Positions 42,152 to 52,400 of a stretch of 64,000 nt of DNA are shown here, piece by piece. Position 1 is the stretch's first letter. Every line of letters starts with the position of its first letter. The translations under genes were made by a program, and so were the position numbers. Where the stretch lies: positions 197,330-261,329 of the forward strand of contig CAVRZA010000008.1 of assembly GCA_963725665.1 (NCBI GenBank), read 5' to 3'. Under the pieces are notes generated by a model. It was not told the DNA's origin. It saw only the letters and a program-made list of their open reading frames with translations, and did not search any database. The stretch comes from an uncultured Actinomycetes bacterium. Lineage in GTDB: Bacteria; Actinomycetota; Thermoleophilia; UBA2241.

Positions 42152-42379
42152 CCCGCCAACGCTTGCAGGAAGCCGCTGGAGGGCTGGCGCGGTTGACGTT
42201 GGCACCATCCCTCGAGGCGCCCCTCAAGTGCGGAAGAATCTGCGGAAGACGAGGGGACACTGAGGGCCGACAGACGGCGGCGGCGCGCGTCAGTATCCGA
42301 ACGAATAGCCTGCGTACAGCACGTTTCTATGTGGACGGGGTAACACGGGGCAACACACGGCGTCACGCCTAACCAGTTA

Positions 42380-42427
42380 TCTGGGGGACAAGGGGTCGCC
42401 AGTTCAAATTCGGCCACGCCGACCATT
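42380..42427 (+). repeat. att copy 2 (tRNA-Pro 3' half, 3 substitutions)
   Basis: TCTGGGGGACaAGGGGTCGCCAGTTCAAATtcGGCCACGCCGACCATT. Confidence 0.92.
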
Positions 42428-42772
42428 TCCATTTCTCACAGCACGTCACTGATGCCGCATGCGTGACGGAGTCGCTGGCCGGCGGCGGGACACGGCTCTG
42501 CGGGCGTATCAGCGTCTTAGTTGTCCCTGCAGTGCGTCTGCTCGCAGCGCCGCAGAACGTACTTCCGGTAGCCTTCCAGGACGCTCCCCACCCGCCGATG
42601 CGCGCGGGAGACATCCACTTCACGGTCCGCGCGCGGCTCCGGTTCCACATCCAGCTCCACAAACCCTGACGAACAGGCTGGCCGCGCTCTGCGCCGGGTG
42701 CCCAGGCGGCTGCTCGGCCCGTTCTTGGGAGGTCCCGCAGAAGCCTCAGCTACCGCCGAAGCGGTCGGCCGA

Positions 42773-44635
42773 CTACGCCTCCGTTTCCTCACCCGGGCGC
42801 ATCCGCGCGCGCCGTGCCACGAGCACCACCGCGCCCACGGCGACGACGACGCCGGCGATTGCGAGTCCGTCCCACCGCGTCCCGGGCTGCGCTGGAGCAG
42901 AGGCCGTGCGAGGCCGCGCAAACAGGTAGCTGTCGATGATCGGATGCACTCCTACCGCCGCGCCAACACCGGCCGGCGCACGGACCCAGCCCTCCCACTT
43001 CGCCACGTTCCACGCGTTGATGCGTGACGGCTCGGCGAGGAAGATCATTGGCGTCTGTTCGTACATCAACTGCTGCATGCGGTCGATGATCTGCTTGCGC
43101 TTCTCGGGGTCGATCGTCGACTGCTGCTCTGTGAAGAGGCGGTCGTACTCCTCGTTCGACCAGTTCGTGTCGCTCCAGCTCCCGATCTCGCTCGTGGTGA
43201 ACACCGAGAGCGTGAAGTTGGGATCGAGCTCGCTGTTCCAGCCCCACAGGAAGAGATCGTAGTCGGGCGCGAACTGCTTGCCTTTCTTGTCCCACATGCG
43301 ATCCATGAGGACGCCGGTGTCGAGGACCTCGTACTTCACCTTGAGCCCGACCTGGTGCAACCAGCCGGTTATCAGCTTGCCCGCAGTCTGCTCATTCGGT
43401 TCTGTGGCGATGGCCCAGAGACGCAGGGTGATCGGCTCGCCCTTGAACTCGCGCAGCCCGTCGCCGTTCGTGTCTCGGTAGCCCGCAGCATCGAGCTCGG
43501 CTTTCGCCTTCTCGAGGTCGAAGGGGTAGCGCTCGCCGGCGGGCGGAGTCCAGTGCCAGTCCGGGTCGACCCAGTACTGCGAGACGAGTGTCGTCTCGCC
43601 GGGTCGGGCCAGACCGAAGTAAGCCACGCGGCAGATCTGCTCCTTGTCGATGGCGTAGTTCAAAGCCCGGCGGAAGGCGGGATCGAGCAGCACCGGATTC
43701 CCTTGCGAAGCAGGGCCGGTGTAGCAGTTGAACCCCAGGTCGTGCACCACCAGCTGCGGGTTCTGCGTCGACAGGTCCAGATCTCTGTCGTTTCTCAGCG
43801 TCCGAAGCTGCGCCAGAGGCAGCTTGGTCGCCGCCTGGAGCGCGCCCGAGCGCAGGTCCATCTGCATGCTATCTGGGCTCTGGTACATCTGCAGGATGAG
43901 CTCGTCGACTTTGGGAGCGCCGCGCCAGTACTGCTTGTTGGCCACCAGCCGGACGTACTTGTTCGGTCGATACTCGACGACCTGGAAAGGACCCGTACCG
44001 ATCACGGGCGGCTCGTTGCGGTAGGTGTCGGCCGCCGCCTTCGGGTCGATGTGCGACCAGATGTGCTCGGGAAGGATCGGTACACCGAGCTCGAGCATGT
44101 TGGCTTTGGGGCGCGAGCAGACGAACCGCACGGTGTAGGGATCGACTGCCACCACACGCTCGATGAACGTCGTGTAGCCGGTGAAGCCCCCCATCTTGTT
44201 CTTGATGACATAGTCGAACGTGAACGCGACGTCCTTGGAGGAGAACGGTCGCCCGTCCTGCCACGTTACGCCGCGCCGCAGCGTGAAGGTCCACGTCTTG
44301 CCGTCAGGTGAGTGGCTCCAGGTGGCGGCGAGGCCCGGTTTCGACGTCAGAGTCTCCGCGTCGTACCTGGTCAGGAAGTCGTAGTTGAGCGCGTAGATCT
44401 CGAGCGCCGTGCCCATCTGTCCGACGAAGGGGTTGAGGCTCTCCGGGTCGTCCGTCCAGCCAACGCGCAGCACGGTCGCGGTACCCGGTGCTACCGTGGG
44501 AGAGGTCGCGAGAGCGGTCGTGAGCGCCCAGCCGAGCATGATCGCCAGGCAGCCGACGAGGATCAGCGCGGCATGGCGAGCTAGTCTGGTTGTGGCGCCG
44601 ACGATGCCGCCGGTTCCCCCCGGGGTGTTCGTCAT
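42773..44635 (-). CDS. ABC transporter substrate-binding protein family 5 with C-terminal TM anchor
   Basis: PGLAATWSHSPDGKTWTFTLR..WQDG..DVAFTF, IGTGPF, FRRALNYAIDK. Confidence 0.92.
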   Translation of the reverse strand: MTNTPGGTGGIVGATTRLARHAALILVGCLAIMLGWALTTALATSPTVAPGTATVLRVGWTDDPESLNPFVGQMGTALEIYALNYDFLTRYDAETLTSKPGLAATWSHSPDGKTWTFTLRRGVTWQDGRPFSSKDVAFTFDYVIKNKMGGFTGYTTFIERVVAVDPYTVRFVCSRPKANMLELGVPILPEHIWSHIDPKAAADTYRNEPPVIGTGPFQVVEYRPNKYVRLVANKQYWRGAPKVDELILQMYQSPDSMQMDLRSGALQAATKLPLAQLRTLRNDRDLDLSTQNPQLVVHDLGFNCYTGPASQGNPVLLDPAFRRALNYAIDKEQICRVAYFGLARPGETTLVSQYWVDPDWHWTPPAGERYPFDLEKAKAELDAAGYRDTNGDGLREFKGEPITLRLWAIATEPNEQTAGKLITGWLHQVGLKVKYEVLDTGVLMDRMWDKKGKQFAPDYDLFLWGWNSELDPNFTLSVFTTSEIGSWSDTNWSNEEYDRLFTEQQSTIDPEKRKQIIDRMQQLMYEQTPMIFLAEPSRINAWNVAKWEGWVRAPAGVGAAVGVHPIIDSYLFARPRTASAPAQPGTRWDGLAIAGVVVAVGAVVLVARRARMRPGEETEA

Positions 44636-44881
44636 CGGAACGGACCCCCTCCGCCGCATCAACGTCACGATACTAGAGCCGCAACAGGAGCGACACAATC
44701 AACCGACGCCGCCTCTTGTGGCAACGGAGGCAGCCGACTCGCTGAGACAGCCCAGGCCAGAAGCCGACTGGACTCGCCCGGGCGCTGCGTCTCCTCAGGG
44801 AGCAACGGACCGCCGGGAGGAATAGAGCCGAGGCCGTCGTAGAATGGCCTATCCGCTTCGGACAGCCATTGGAGGCGGGCC

Positions 44882-45208
44882 GTGGGCGACCGGACAGTCG
44901 ACTCCTGGGGGGAGCCGACCAAGCTTAGAAAGAGCAAGGACCTCACCCTGTTCGAGGTGAAAGCCCTCGGCCGCAATGCACGGTGGCGCAGCGGCACGGG
45001 CGAGTGCTACTGCTACTTTCGCCACGAGGGAGGAGAACCGTCCGGTTTCTGGTTCTTCAGCATCCATACAGACGGGTGGCGGCGGGTCATGGATGAGCGG
45101 GAGTTGCCGGAGTTCCCCTGGCGGCACGATCCCCTGTGCGACTGCGGGCAGTGCACGGAGCACCAAAAAGTCGAGCAGAACCGCGCACCTGCACCGAGAG
45201 GTAGGTAG
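44882..45208 (+). CDS. Hypothetical protein
   Basis: GGAGG RBS; C-terminal CDCGQC. Confidence 0.45.
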   Translation: MGDRTVDSWGEPTKLRKSKDLTLFEVKALGRNARWRSGTGECYCYFRHEGGEPSGFWFFSIHTDGWRRVMDERELPEFPWRHDPLCDCGQCTEHQKVEQNRAPAPRGR

Positions 45209-45339
45209 CAACAGGCTCGCTGTCGCCTCCGCAACGGTCTCCGCTCCGCTCGTGCCCGAGGCCGTTGGTCGTCTGTGCAAGACGCCTGACGAGCGAGTCT
45301 CTCTGTTGCGGCAGCGCCCCCTGGAGGGTCGTTGCCCCT

Positions 45340-45371
45340 GTGCAACGGTACTGACGACTTCACTACAATGA
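45340..45371 (+). promoter_or_regulatory. Duplicated promoter-like 32-mer (second copy 53685-53716)
   Basis: GTGCAA-N18-TACAAT; 31/32 identical between copies. Confidence 0.65.
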
Positions 45372-45478
45372 GGCCACCGACTTCGACCGACGACGCTGGG
45401 CCACTGGGCTGAACCTGCAGCTCATTTCGGGCCGTCGCGTCGGCAGGCATGCGAGCGCTTGACACTCGGAGGTGCCTC

Positions 45479-46240
45479 GTGCAAGCCGACCAGTACGTGA
45501 ACGGAGCGTACCTTAAGAAGAACCCCGACTGGCACGAAGGCGACGCCCCATGGAAAGCCGCTCACGTCTTTCGAATGATCACTCGCCACGGCCTCGAGTT
45601 CGACACAGTCTGCGATGTGGGCTGTGGCTCGGGCGGTGTGCTTGCCGAGCTTCAGAAGCTGATGGACAGTCGCACGCGCTTCATTGGCTTCGATATCTCA
45701 CCGCAAGCGATCGCACTGGCCAAGCCGAGAGAGAACGACAGGCTCGTCTTCCGGACCACCGATCCCGCAACGATCGAGCCGGCGTCACACGGACTGCTCC
45801 TGCTTTTGGACGTGTTCGAACACGTCGAGGACTACATTGGGTTTCTCAGGAGCATGAGGAGCAGCGCTCCTTGGGTGATTCTGCATATTCCACTGGACAT
45901 GAACGTGAAGGCCATTCTTCGCAGGTCCTGGTGGCCGCTCTACATGCGTCGCCAGTACGGTCACCTGCACTACTTCACCAAAGAGACGGCAGTAGCCACC
46001 TTGGCCGACGTCGGCTACGACGTTGTTGATTGGTTCTACACCGACGACAAGTCGATACCTGGGGCACAAGCCCCCCGGAGACTCCGTCCGAGGATGGCAT
46101 ATGAGGCACGAAGGCATCTGTATCGGGTTCATCGCGACTTGGCCGTATCGCTGTTCGAATCCTTCAATCTACTGGTGCTGGCGCGAGCCGAAGGGGCGAG
46201 CGCTCCTGCGGGCGACAGCGCGGTCTTGAGAAGTTCGTGA
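45479..46240 (+). CDS. Class I SAM-dependent methyltransferase
   Basis: VCDVGCGSG, GFDIS, DVFEHV, YGHLHYF. Confidence 0.88.
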   Translation: MQADQYVNGAYLKKNPDWHEGDAPWKAAHVFRMITRHGLEFDTVCDVGCGSGGVLAELQKLMDSRTRFIGFDISPQAIALAKPRENDRLVFRTTDPATIEPASHGLLLLLDVFEHVEDYIGFLRSMRSSAPWVILHIPLDMNVKAILRRSWWPLYMRRQYGHLHYFTKETAVATLADVGYDVVDWFYTDDKSIPGAQAPRRLRPRMAYEARRHLYRVHRDLAVSLFESFNLLVLARAEGASAPAGDSAVLRSS

Positions 46241-46611
46241 GTCGGCGTAGGAATCCACCGCCCGGCCAATCATCTCGTTGAGGTCGACCACGCTCATCTC
46301 GATCGTGTCGGGGTCGATGCAGTGCAGGTTGGCCGACTCGAGAATCTCGCGGATGGCGTCGGAGAGCACCGCTCCAGCAAGCGCGGCCGCACGACGTCGG
46401 CGCTACCAGGCTCTCAAACCCGCGCGCCAGCTTGCCGATAAGCCCGCACAGGGGTTTGCGTTGTGTCGCGGAATCGCGGACGGCACGCGCATCGGAGCGG
46501 GAGGAGAGGCAAGGACGTGGAGCACGTTCGGTTCGGTGATTCCCACGTGTGCCCTGCCACCGTCGTGCCTGTGGATGTGCGGCGCCGCTCGCTGCGACGT
46601 GAACTGAGATC

Positions 46612-47799
46612 GTGATCGTGCCGCATCCCACCTGGGGTATCAGCGAGTTCCGCGGTCGGGCAGGGCTCGAGCAGCTGGAAGCCGACTGGCGACGACTCTA
46701 CGCTCAGATTCCGCTACGCACGAGCTTCCTCGCCTACGAAACGTGCCTCGCCCACGTCGACCATGTCATGACGGCGCCTGATCAGCTCAGGTACCTCGCG
46801 CTCACGGACGGCCGGCAGGTACGGGCCATCTGCGTGCTCGAGCCTCGGACAAAGCGGGTGCTCGGACACCGGATCGCTGTCTGGGGGGTGCTTCGGTACC
46901 ACCACGCGCCGCGGGCAGATGTCCTCTGCCCCGACGACGAAGCGCGGCGCGAGCTCGTTCCGGCCCTCGTGGCCCATCTGCGGCGCAAGCCCGAAGGACG
47001 ACGGCTGATGGTCCTGGGGCCGGCGCCGACGAGCTCGTCTCTGTGGGACGGGCTGCGACGGTTGGGTCGTGGCGGGTACTGCGTGGACTCCGCAGACAGC
47101 GTGTGCGTTCTGGACTGCAGCATGCCGTTCGACGAGCTCCGGGCGTCGCTCCCAGCGAAGTTCCGCACCGACCTGAACAATAGACAGCACAAGCTCGCCA
47201 AGCTTCGCGACGTGCGGTTCGTGACAGTCAGAGCTGCGCATGACTTCGACGCCGAGTTTGCGACGTTCCTCGACGTAGAGGCCTCTGGATGGAAAGGCGA
47301 CGACGGTACACGAACCGCGATCCGCTTCCGCAGGCAGCTACTCGCCTTCTTCTACGATCTCGCTACGAACTTGCGTGGGGATGCCGACTACTGTGAGATA
47401 GTCGCCCTCTACGCCGAGGGGCACTGCCTTGCGTCGCAGTTCTGTATACGGACGGGCGCGACCTATTCATTGCTCAAGATCGGCTACAACGAAGCCTACG
47501 GCCGAGTGTCGCCTGGAAAGCTGGTGGTCGCAAAGATCGTGGAACGCTGCTGCCAGGATCCCGGCATCGAGCAGCTAGATATGATGAGTGACGCCCCTTG
47601 GCTGCGCAGTTGGCGCCCCGACACGGTCCCTCTGCAGGTCGCCTACGTGGCTGTCGCCCCCTGGCCGGGACGTCTGATTGTCGCCCTTCTGCAGTTCCAT
47701 CTTGCGTATGCGCGTCGATTTGTGCGCTGGCTGCGCGGCAAACGCGCAGCCAGCGGGAGAGAGGACGTCAGCCGAGACTCGGCACGGTCGGCTGGGTGA
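46612..47799 (+). CDS. GNAT acetyltransferase (CelD/BcsL-like), paralog 1
   Basis: FLDVEASGWKG, LKIGYNEAYGRVSPGKL. Confidence 0.85.
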   Translation: MIVPHPTWGISEFRGRAGLEQLEADWRRLYAQIPLRTSFLAYETCLAHVDHVMTAPDQLRYLALTDGRQVRAICVLEPRTKRVLGHRIAVWGVLRYHHAPRADVLCPDDEARRELVPALVAHLRRKPEGRRLMVLGPAPTSSSLWDGLRRLGRGGYCVDSADSVCVLDCSMPFDELRASLPAKFRTDLNNRQHKLAKLRDVRFVTVRAAHDFDAEFATFLDVEASGWKGDDGTRTAIRFRRQLLAFFYDLATNLRGDADYCEIVALYAEGHCLASQFCIRTGATYSLLKIGYNEAYGRVSPGKLVVAKIVERCCQDPGIEQLDMMSDAPWLRSWRPDTVPLQVAYVAVAPWPGRLIVALLQFHLAYARRFVRWLRGKRAASGREDVSRDSARSAG

Positions 47800-47922
47800 A
47801 CGGGCGACGGCAAGGCTCGGACGTGATCCGTGGTGGCAGGGTGGGCACTGCGAAACAGGCTCGCCGCTGCCCGGGCCCATTTGTTCGCGAGGTGGACGGG
47901 AAACACAACAGCCGCTGCAACC

Positions 47923-50319
47923 TCACTGAGGGTCGTGACTTCTTGTCGTTCCGGGCGCATCAAGCTTCCTAATCCGGCGACGCGTCACGTACTGCGCCAG
48001 CTCTTCGCCACCGGGATACCGTCTCACCCTCTGGCCGAGGGCATGCCGCGCCCGACGATAGGAGCCCCTGCAGCGGTGGAACGCGAGTCTCGACACCTCG
48101 TCGAGCGAACGCAGGCGGCTTGACTGGGAGCGGAAGACCGACAGGCGCGTCGCGCGCGCAGGCCGCGCTCCGAGCACCGCCTTTGACTCCACGGTACCAT
48201 CCAGCGCGTCCAGACGTGTTGCACCCGCTTCAACGGCGCTGCACACGAGCCAATAGAATGTCAGGAACCCGAGGGAGAACTCGTCGAACTGCGGATCATT
48301 TGCGCTCTCGAAGGCGTAGGCCGTCTGACCGACACGGAAGCAGATGTCGATTGCCGCCTCCTTCCCCGAGATGTATGTGATGCGCGCCTCGCCGCATCGT
48401 TCGAGGAGATCAGAGGCCCGCTCGGCGAGCGTTGGGTTGGTCTCCCAGTAGGTGATCCGTCCCTTCAGGCGAAAGCGCTGGATCTTCCATTGGACCAGGC
48501 GGTCGACCAACTCTCGGCTGCGCTCACCCGGCTTGACTGTCTCCGTCTTCACGTCGGGAAATGCGCGACGCAGCCGGTTCTGATACCAGCGGACGTTGCG
48601 GCGCGTTTTCTTCCCCAGCGAGTGGTAGTACTCGTCGACCGCGTCGGGCAGGTCGATGACCATGCGGTCGAGCCGCCCGAGGACCATCCTGGGGAAGGCC
48701 AGTTCGCGTGGTGGAAACATCACATCGAGATGGATGCGATGAACGCCGGGCAGGGCGCGCAAGAGGGCGCGGCAGATGCGGTTCGCCTCCTCGGGCTCGC
48801 ATGCGAAAGCCTTGTTCAGGATGTCGACGGTGCCACCCTCATGGTGGAACAGGATGACGTGGCGAGGCTCTTCCAGGACGCAGGCGCCGTTCGGCGGCGT
48901 GCGGTCCTGAGCGAGGAAGTAGTCGAGAGTCGAGAACAGACTGCTGTAGAGCCCCGGGAGCTCGTCGGCCAGCCCCTCGGGCACGCAGCCAAGATGGACC
49001 GTGGCGCCCAGGTCCGAGTAGTGCAGGCTTGTGGGCGTCGCGAGCACCCCTTGCGTGGCGAGCGCTTCCTCGGCTACCGTCACCCCGGTCACACTCCTCA
49101 TCGCATCCGTTTGCCGCGGTCGCGGTCCGAGGCGGCGCCGGATGTGGCTCTTCACGATGTGCCGCGCCTCCAGCAGGCCGGGCAGCGGGTCGCGTGCCGA
49201 CAGGAAGCAGTCGACCCGGAGGCCGCGCAGCGAGCCCAGCCACTCCGCCGGCCTCAACTCTCCGCGGCGCAGCTCTTTGAGGCTGTCCGGTCCGTCCATG
49301 AGCATGTCGGTCCACCGCACACCGTCGATCTGCCTGGGCGTCGGGCAGGGCTTCCCGATCGCGTCGCGGTAGGCGATGTACGCGAGGTTCACGCCCGCGG
49401 CCCTCGCCAGGGGGCTCCAGAGGCCCTGTCGCGCGTTGACCTCCATCAACTTGAGGCGGCCGTCTCGAGCGTCTCGCTTGAACTCTACATCGCTGAGGCC
49501 GTAGTAGGGCACGGCCGCCAGGAACTTGAGCGTGACGTCGGCCAACTCGTCAGACCACAGGCTCTCGCCGGCGCGTGTGTTGCCGAACCCTCTGGGATGT
49601 TGGCGCAGCTTGCGGCCCGTGAACACCGCCTGTGGACGCGAGTCGGCGTCGTGGTACGTGCCCGAAATGAGGATGGCGTCGTCCGGCCCGGGGATCACCT
49701 CCTGCAGCAGCACCGAGCCGCAGAAGCTGATGCTCTCGTAGGCCTTCGCCAGCTGGTCCCTGGTACCGACGGGGATGACCTTGAGGCCCGTGCGGGAGCG
49801 CAGCGACTTGTACTCGCTGGGCTTGAGGATGGCCGGGAACGAGACCGCCTTGGCGGCGCCGGCGAGGTCATCCGGCCCGGAGATGGCCGCCGTCACCGGG
49901 GTCTCCACACCGGCCTCCCACGCCAGCTTCAGCTGCTGCCCCTTGTCGACCAGCAGACGCATGCGTTCCCAGCTCAGCATGGGGACGATGAAGTGCTCCT
50001 CGAGCGATGCCTTGTTGCGGGAGATCACCTCGAGGTAGTCGTCCTCTGCTGCGAAGAGCACCGCTTTGCGCGGGATCCTGGCGCCGACCGAGGCGAGGTC
50101 CGCCAGGACCCGCTCTTCGTGCACGACGGGGGCGCATCTCTCCGGCACACAGTAGCGCGAGCGCAGTGCGGAATCGCCCGCAAGCGGGCTCACGGCCACG
50201 ACCGGTACTCCCTCGCGGCCGAGGTCACGGATGATCCCGAGCGCGACCCCGCTCGCGGCGCCCACCACCACGGCAGGCGTCGTCGACGAACACCGTCGCA
50301 TGAACACGCTGTCCTTCAC
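47923..50319 (-). CDS. ATP-grasp carboxylate-amine ligase (D-aspartate ligase-like) fused to GNAT-like domain
   Basis: FPAILKP, LLQEVIPG, RKLRQHP, DVEFKRDARDG..MEVNAR; C-terminal LGKKTRRN..FSLG GNAT-like. Confidence 0.82.
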   Translation of the reverse strand: MKDSVFMRRCSSTTPAVVVGAASGVALGIIRDLGREGVPVVAVSPLAGDSALRSRYCVPERCAPVVHEERVLADLASVGARIPRKAVLFAAEDDYLEVISRNKASLEEHFIVPMLSWERMRLLVDKGQQLKLAWEAGVETPVTAAISGPDDLAGAAKAVSFPAILKPSEYKSLRSRTGLKVIPVGTRDQLAKAYESISFCGSVLLQEVIPGPDDAILISGTYHDADSRPQAVFTGRKLRQHPRGFGNTRAGESLWSDELADVTLKFLAAVPYYGLSDVEFKRDARDGRLKLMEVNARQGLWSPLARAAGVNLAYIAYRDAIGKPCPTPRQIDGVRWTDMLMDGPDSLKELRRGELRPAEWLGSLRGLRVDCFLSARDPLPGLLEARHIVKSHIRRRLGPRPRQTDAMRSVTGVTVAEEALATQGVLATPTSLHYSDLGATVHLGCVPEGLADELPGLYSSLFSTLDYFLAQDRTPPNGACVLEEPRHVILFHHEGGTVDILNKAFACEPEEANRICRALLRALPGVHRIHLDVMFPPRELAFPRMVLGRLDRMVIDLPDAVDEYYHSLGKKTRRNVRWYQNRLRRAFPDVKTETVKPGERSRELVDRLVQWKIQRFRLKGRITYWETNPTLAERASDLLERCGEARITYISGKEAAIDICFRVGQTAYAFESANDPQFDEFSLGFLTFYWLVCSAVEAGATRLDALDGTVESKAVLGARPARATRLSVFRSQSSRLRSLDEVSRLAFHRCRGSYRRARHALGQRVRRYPGGEELAQYVTRRRIRKLDAPGTTRSHDPQ

Positions 50320-50677
50320 GATCGCCCTCCCGACGCATCATGCCGCCTGCGTATGGTACGAGACGAGTGCACCCTTCGCCATCGCGCCACGTGGCCGACC
50401 CGAGGCAACGCCGCTCGGTACGCGACGAGCCAAGCTCCACGGGCAGAGCCCGCGTGCAGGCCGCCACAGTTGCTGCCCGCCCGCCGTGGGTCCACAATCG
50501 GGCCGAGGGGGGTCCGCTCGAGGCGGCGCCGATGATGGTCACGGTAACGCCGGCCAGTCGCCGACGTCGAGGTGTTCGGCTGCGCCTGACCTTCTAGACA
50601 GCGTCTGAGGCTGCCGATAGGCTCGGAGGCGGGTTCTCGTCTTGCGACGTCGGGGCCGGGGGACGTAGAAGGAGGTC

Positions 50678-51902
50678 GTGACCGTGGCGACTCCTGACTG
50701 GAGCATCATCGAGTCCCGCGGTCAGGCCGGGGCTCGAGAGGCTGGAGGCCGACTGGCGGCGACTCTACGCTGCGATGCCGCTGCGCACGAGCTTCCTCGC
50801 CTACGAAGCATGCCTCGCCCACGTCGACCATTTCATGACGGCGCCCGATCAGCTCAGGTGCTTGGCGCTGACGGACGGACGGCAGGTCAGGGCGATCTGC
50901 CTGCTCGAGCCCGACACCACTGGCGCGCTCGGAAAAGCTCGCGTGCCGGCAGACGTCAGCGGGTATGGGGAGTGCTGTGGCAGTGGCACGCGCGGCAGGC
51001 CAACGTCCTCTGCCCCGATGACGAAGCGCAGCGAGAGCTCGTGCCAGCCCTGGTGGCCCACCTGCGGCGAAAGCCCGAAGGGCGACAGCTCCTGATCCTG
51101 GGGCCGGCGCCGGCAAGCTCGACCCTGTGGGACGGGCTGCGACGGCTCGGTCGCGGTGGGTACCACGTGGACCTCAGAGAGAGCTGTGCACCTCCTGGAC
51201 TGCAGCATGCCGTTCGACGAGCTGCGGGCGTCGCTCGACAGCGAAGTTCCGCCGCAATCTGAACAACGCCGCGCACCGGCTCGCGAAGCTCGACCACGTG
51301 CGCTTTGTGACCGCCACCGAAACAGGGGATCTGGACGCCGAGTTCGCGACCTTCCTCGAGGTCGAGGCCTCGGGCTGGAAGGGCGAGGGCGGCACAAGGA
51401 TCCGCGATCCGCTGCAGCGCGGCGATGTCTGGCCTTCTTCCACGACCTCGCCGCGAACCTGCGCGGCGATGCCGACTACTGTGAGATAGTCGCCCTCTAC
51501 GCCGAGGGGCACTGCCTTGCGTCGCAGTTCGCACGCGCACCGGTGCGACCTACTCCGACGCTCAAGATTGGCCACGACGAAGCCTACCGTCGCGTGTCGC
51601 CGGGGCAACTGCTGGTCGAGAAGATGGTGGAACGCTGCTGCCAGGACCCGGGCATCGAGCGGTTTGACATGGTGAGCGATGCCCCTTGGATCCGTGGCTG
51701 GCGCCCCAACCAAGTCCGGCTGCAGGTCGCCTACGTGGTCGTCGGCCGCTGGCCGGCGTACCCGATCATCGCCGCCCTCCTGCAGTTGCGCTTTGGACCC
51801 GGGCGCCGGTTCGCGCGCTGGCTGCGCAGCATGCGCGCAGGTCGGTCGCGCGGTCGCGAGCAGAGTGGGCCAAGCGACGGAGGGCGTCAGACAGTCTCGT
51901 GA
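50678..51902 (+). pseudogene. GNAT paralog 2, multiple frameshifts
   Basis: Same motifs as 46612 spread over several frames. Confidence 0.75.
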
Positions 51903-52400
51903 TACCGCCGGCCTGCTCGGCGTCATCGACTTCCAGCCGACGTCGGCTGGTCGATGTCCGGCAGGGCTCATTTCGTCGAATGAAGTGAGCGGTTGCCGTC
52001 GGGACCCGAGGTGAGGCCTTGGGGGGAGGCGGTGCCGCTCTTGGTCGAAGGAGCTGGGGGCTGCGGTCGAGCATCATGACGCCTGAACCGCACCCGCCCG
52101 CGACGCCGTATTGTCGGTCCCCCCTCGTCGTGGTTTGAGTCCCATCCGAAGAAACTGGAGGATGACAAACGCTCGAACAAGCAACCCGTCAGGCGCACGA
52201 GCCTTGGGCACCTGGCGCACAACCCAATCGCCCGCCCAAGGCGCGGCGAGACCTGGACGAGACTCCGCGGGGCCGAGCAAGACCGGGCGACGGCCCGGCA
52301 GCGACCGGTCGTCTTCTTAAGGCAGCGTCTGAGGCTGCCGATAGGCTCGGAGGCGGGTTCCGTCTTGCGACGTTGAGACCGGGGGACGTAGAAAGAGGTC

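Noticed and set aside
41231-42427. Additional tRNA-Pro genes
   Set aside because: Only the 3' half is present (no acceptor 5' strand or D arm), so these are att copies.
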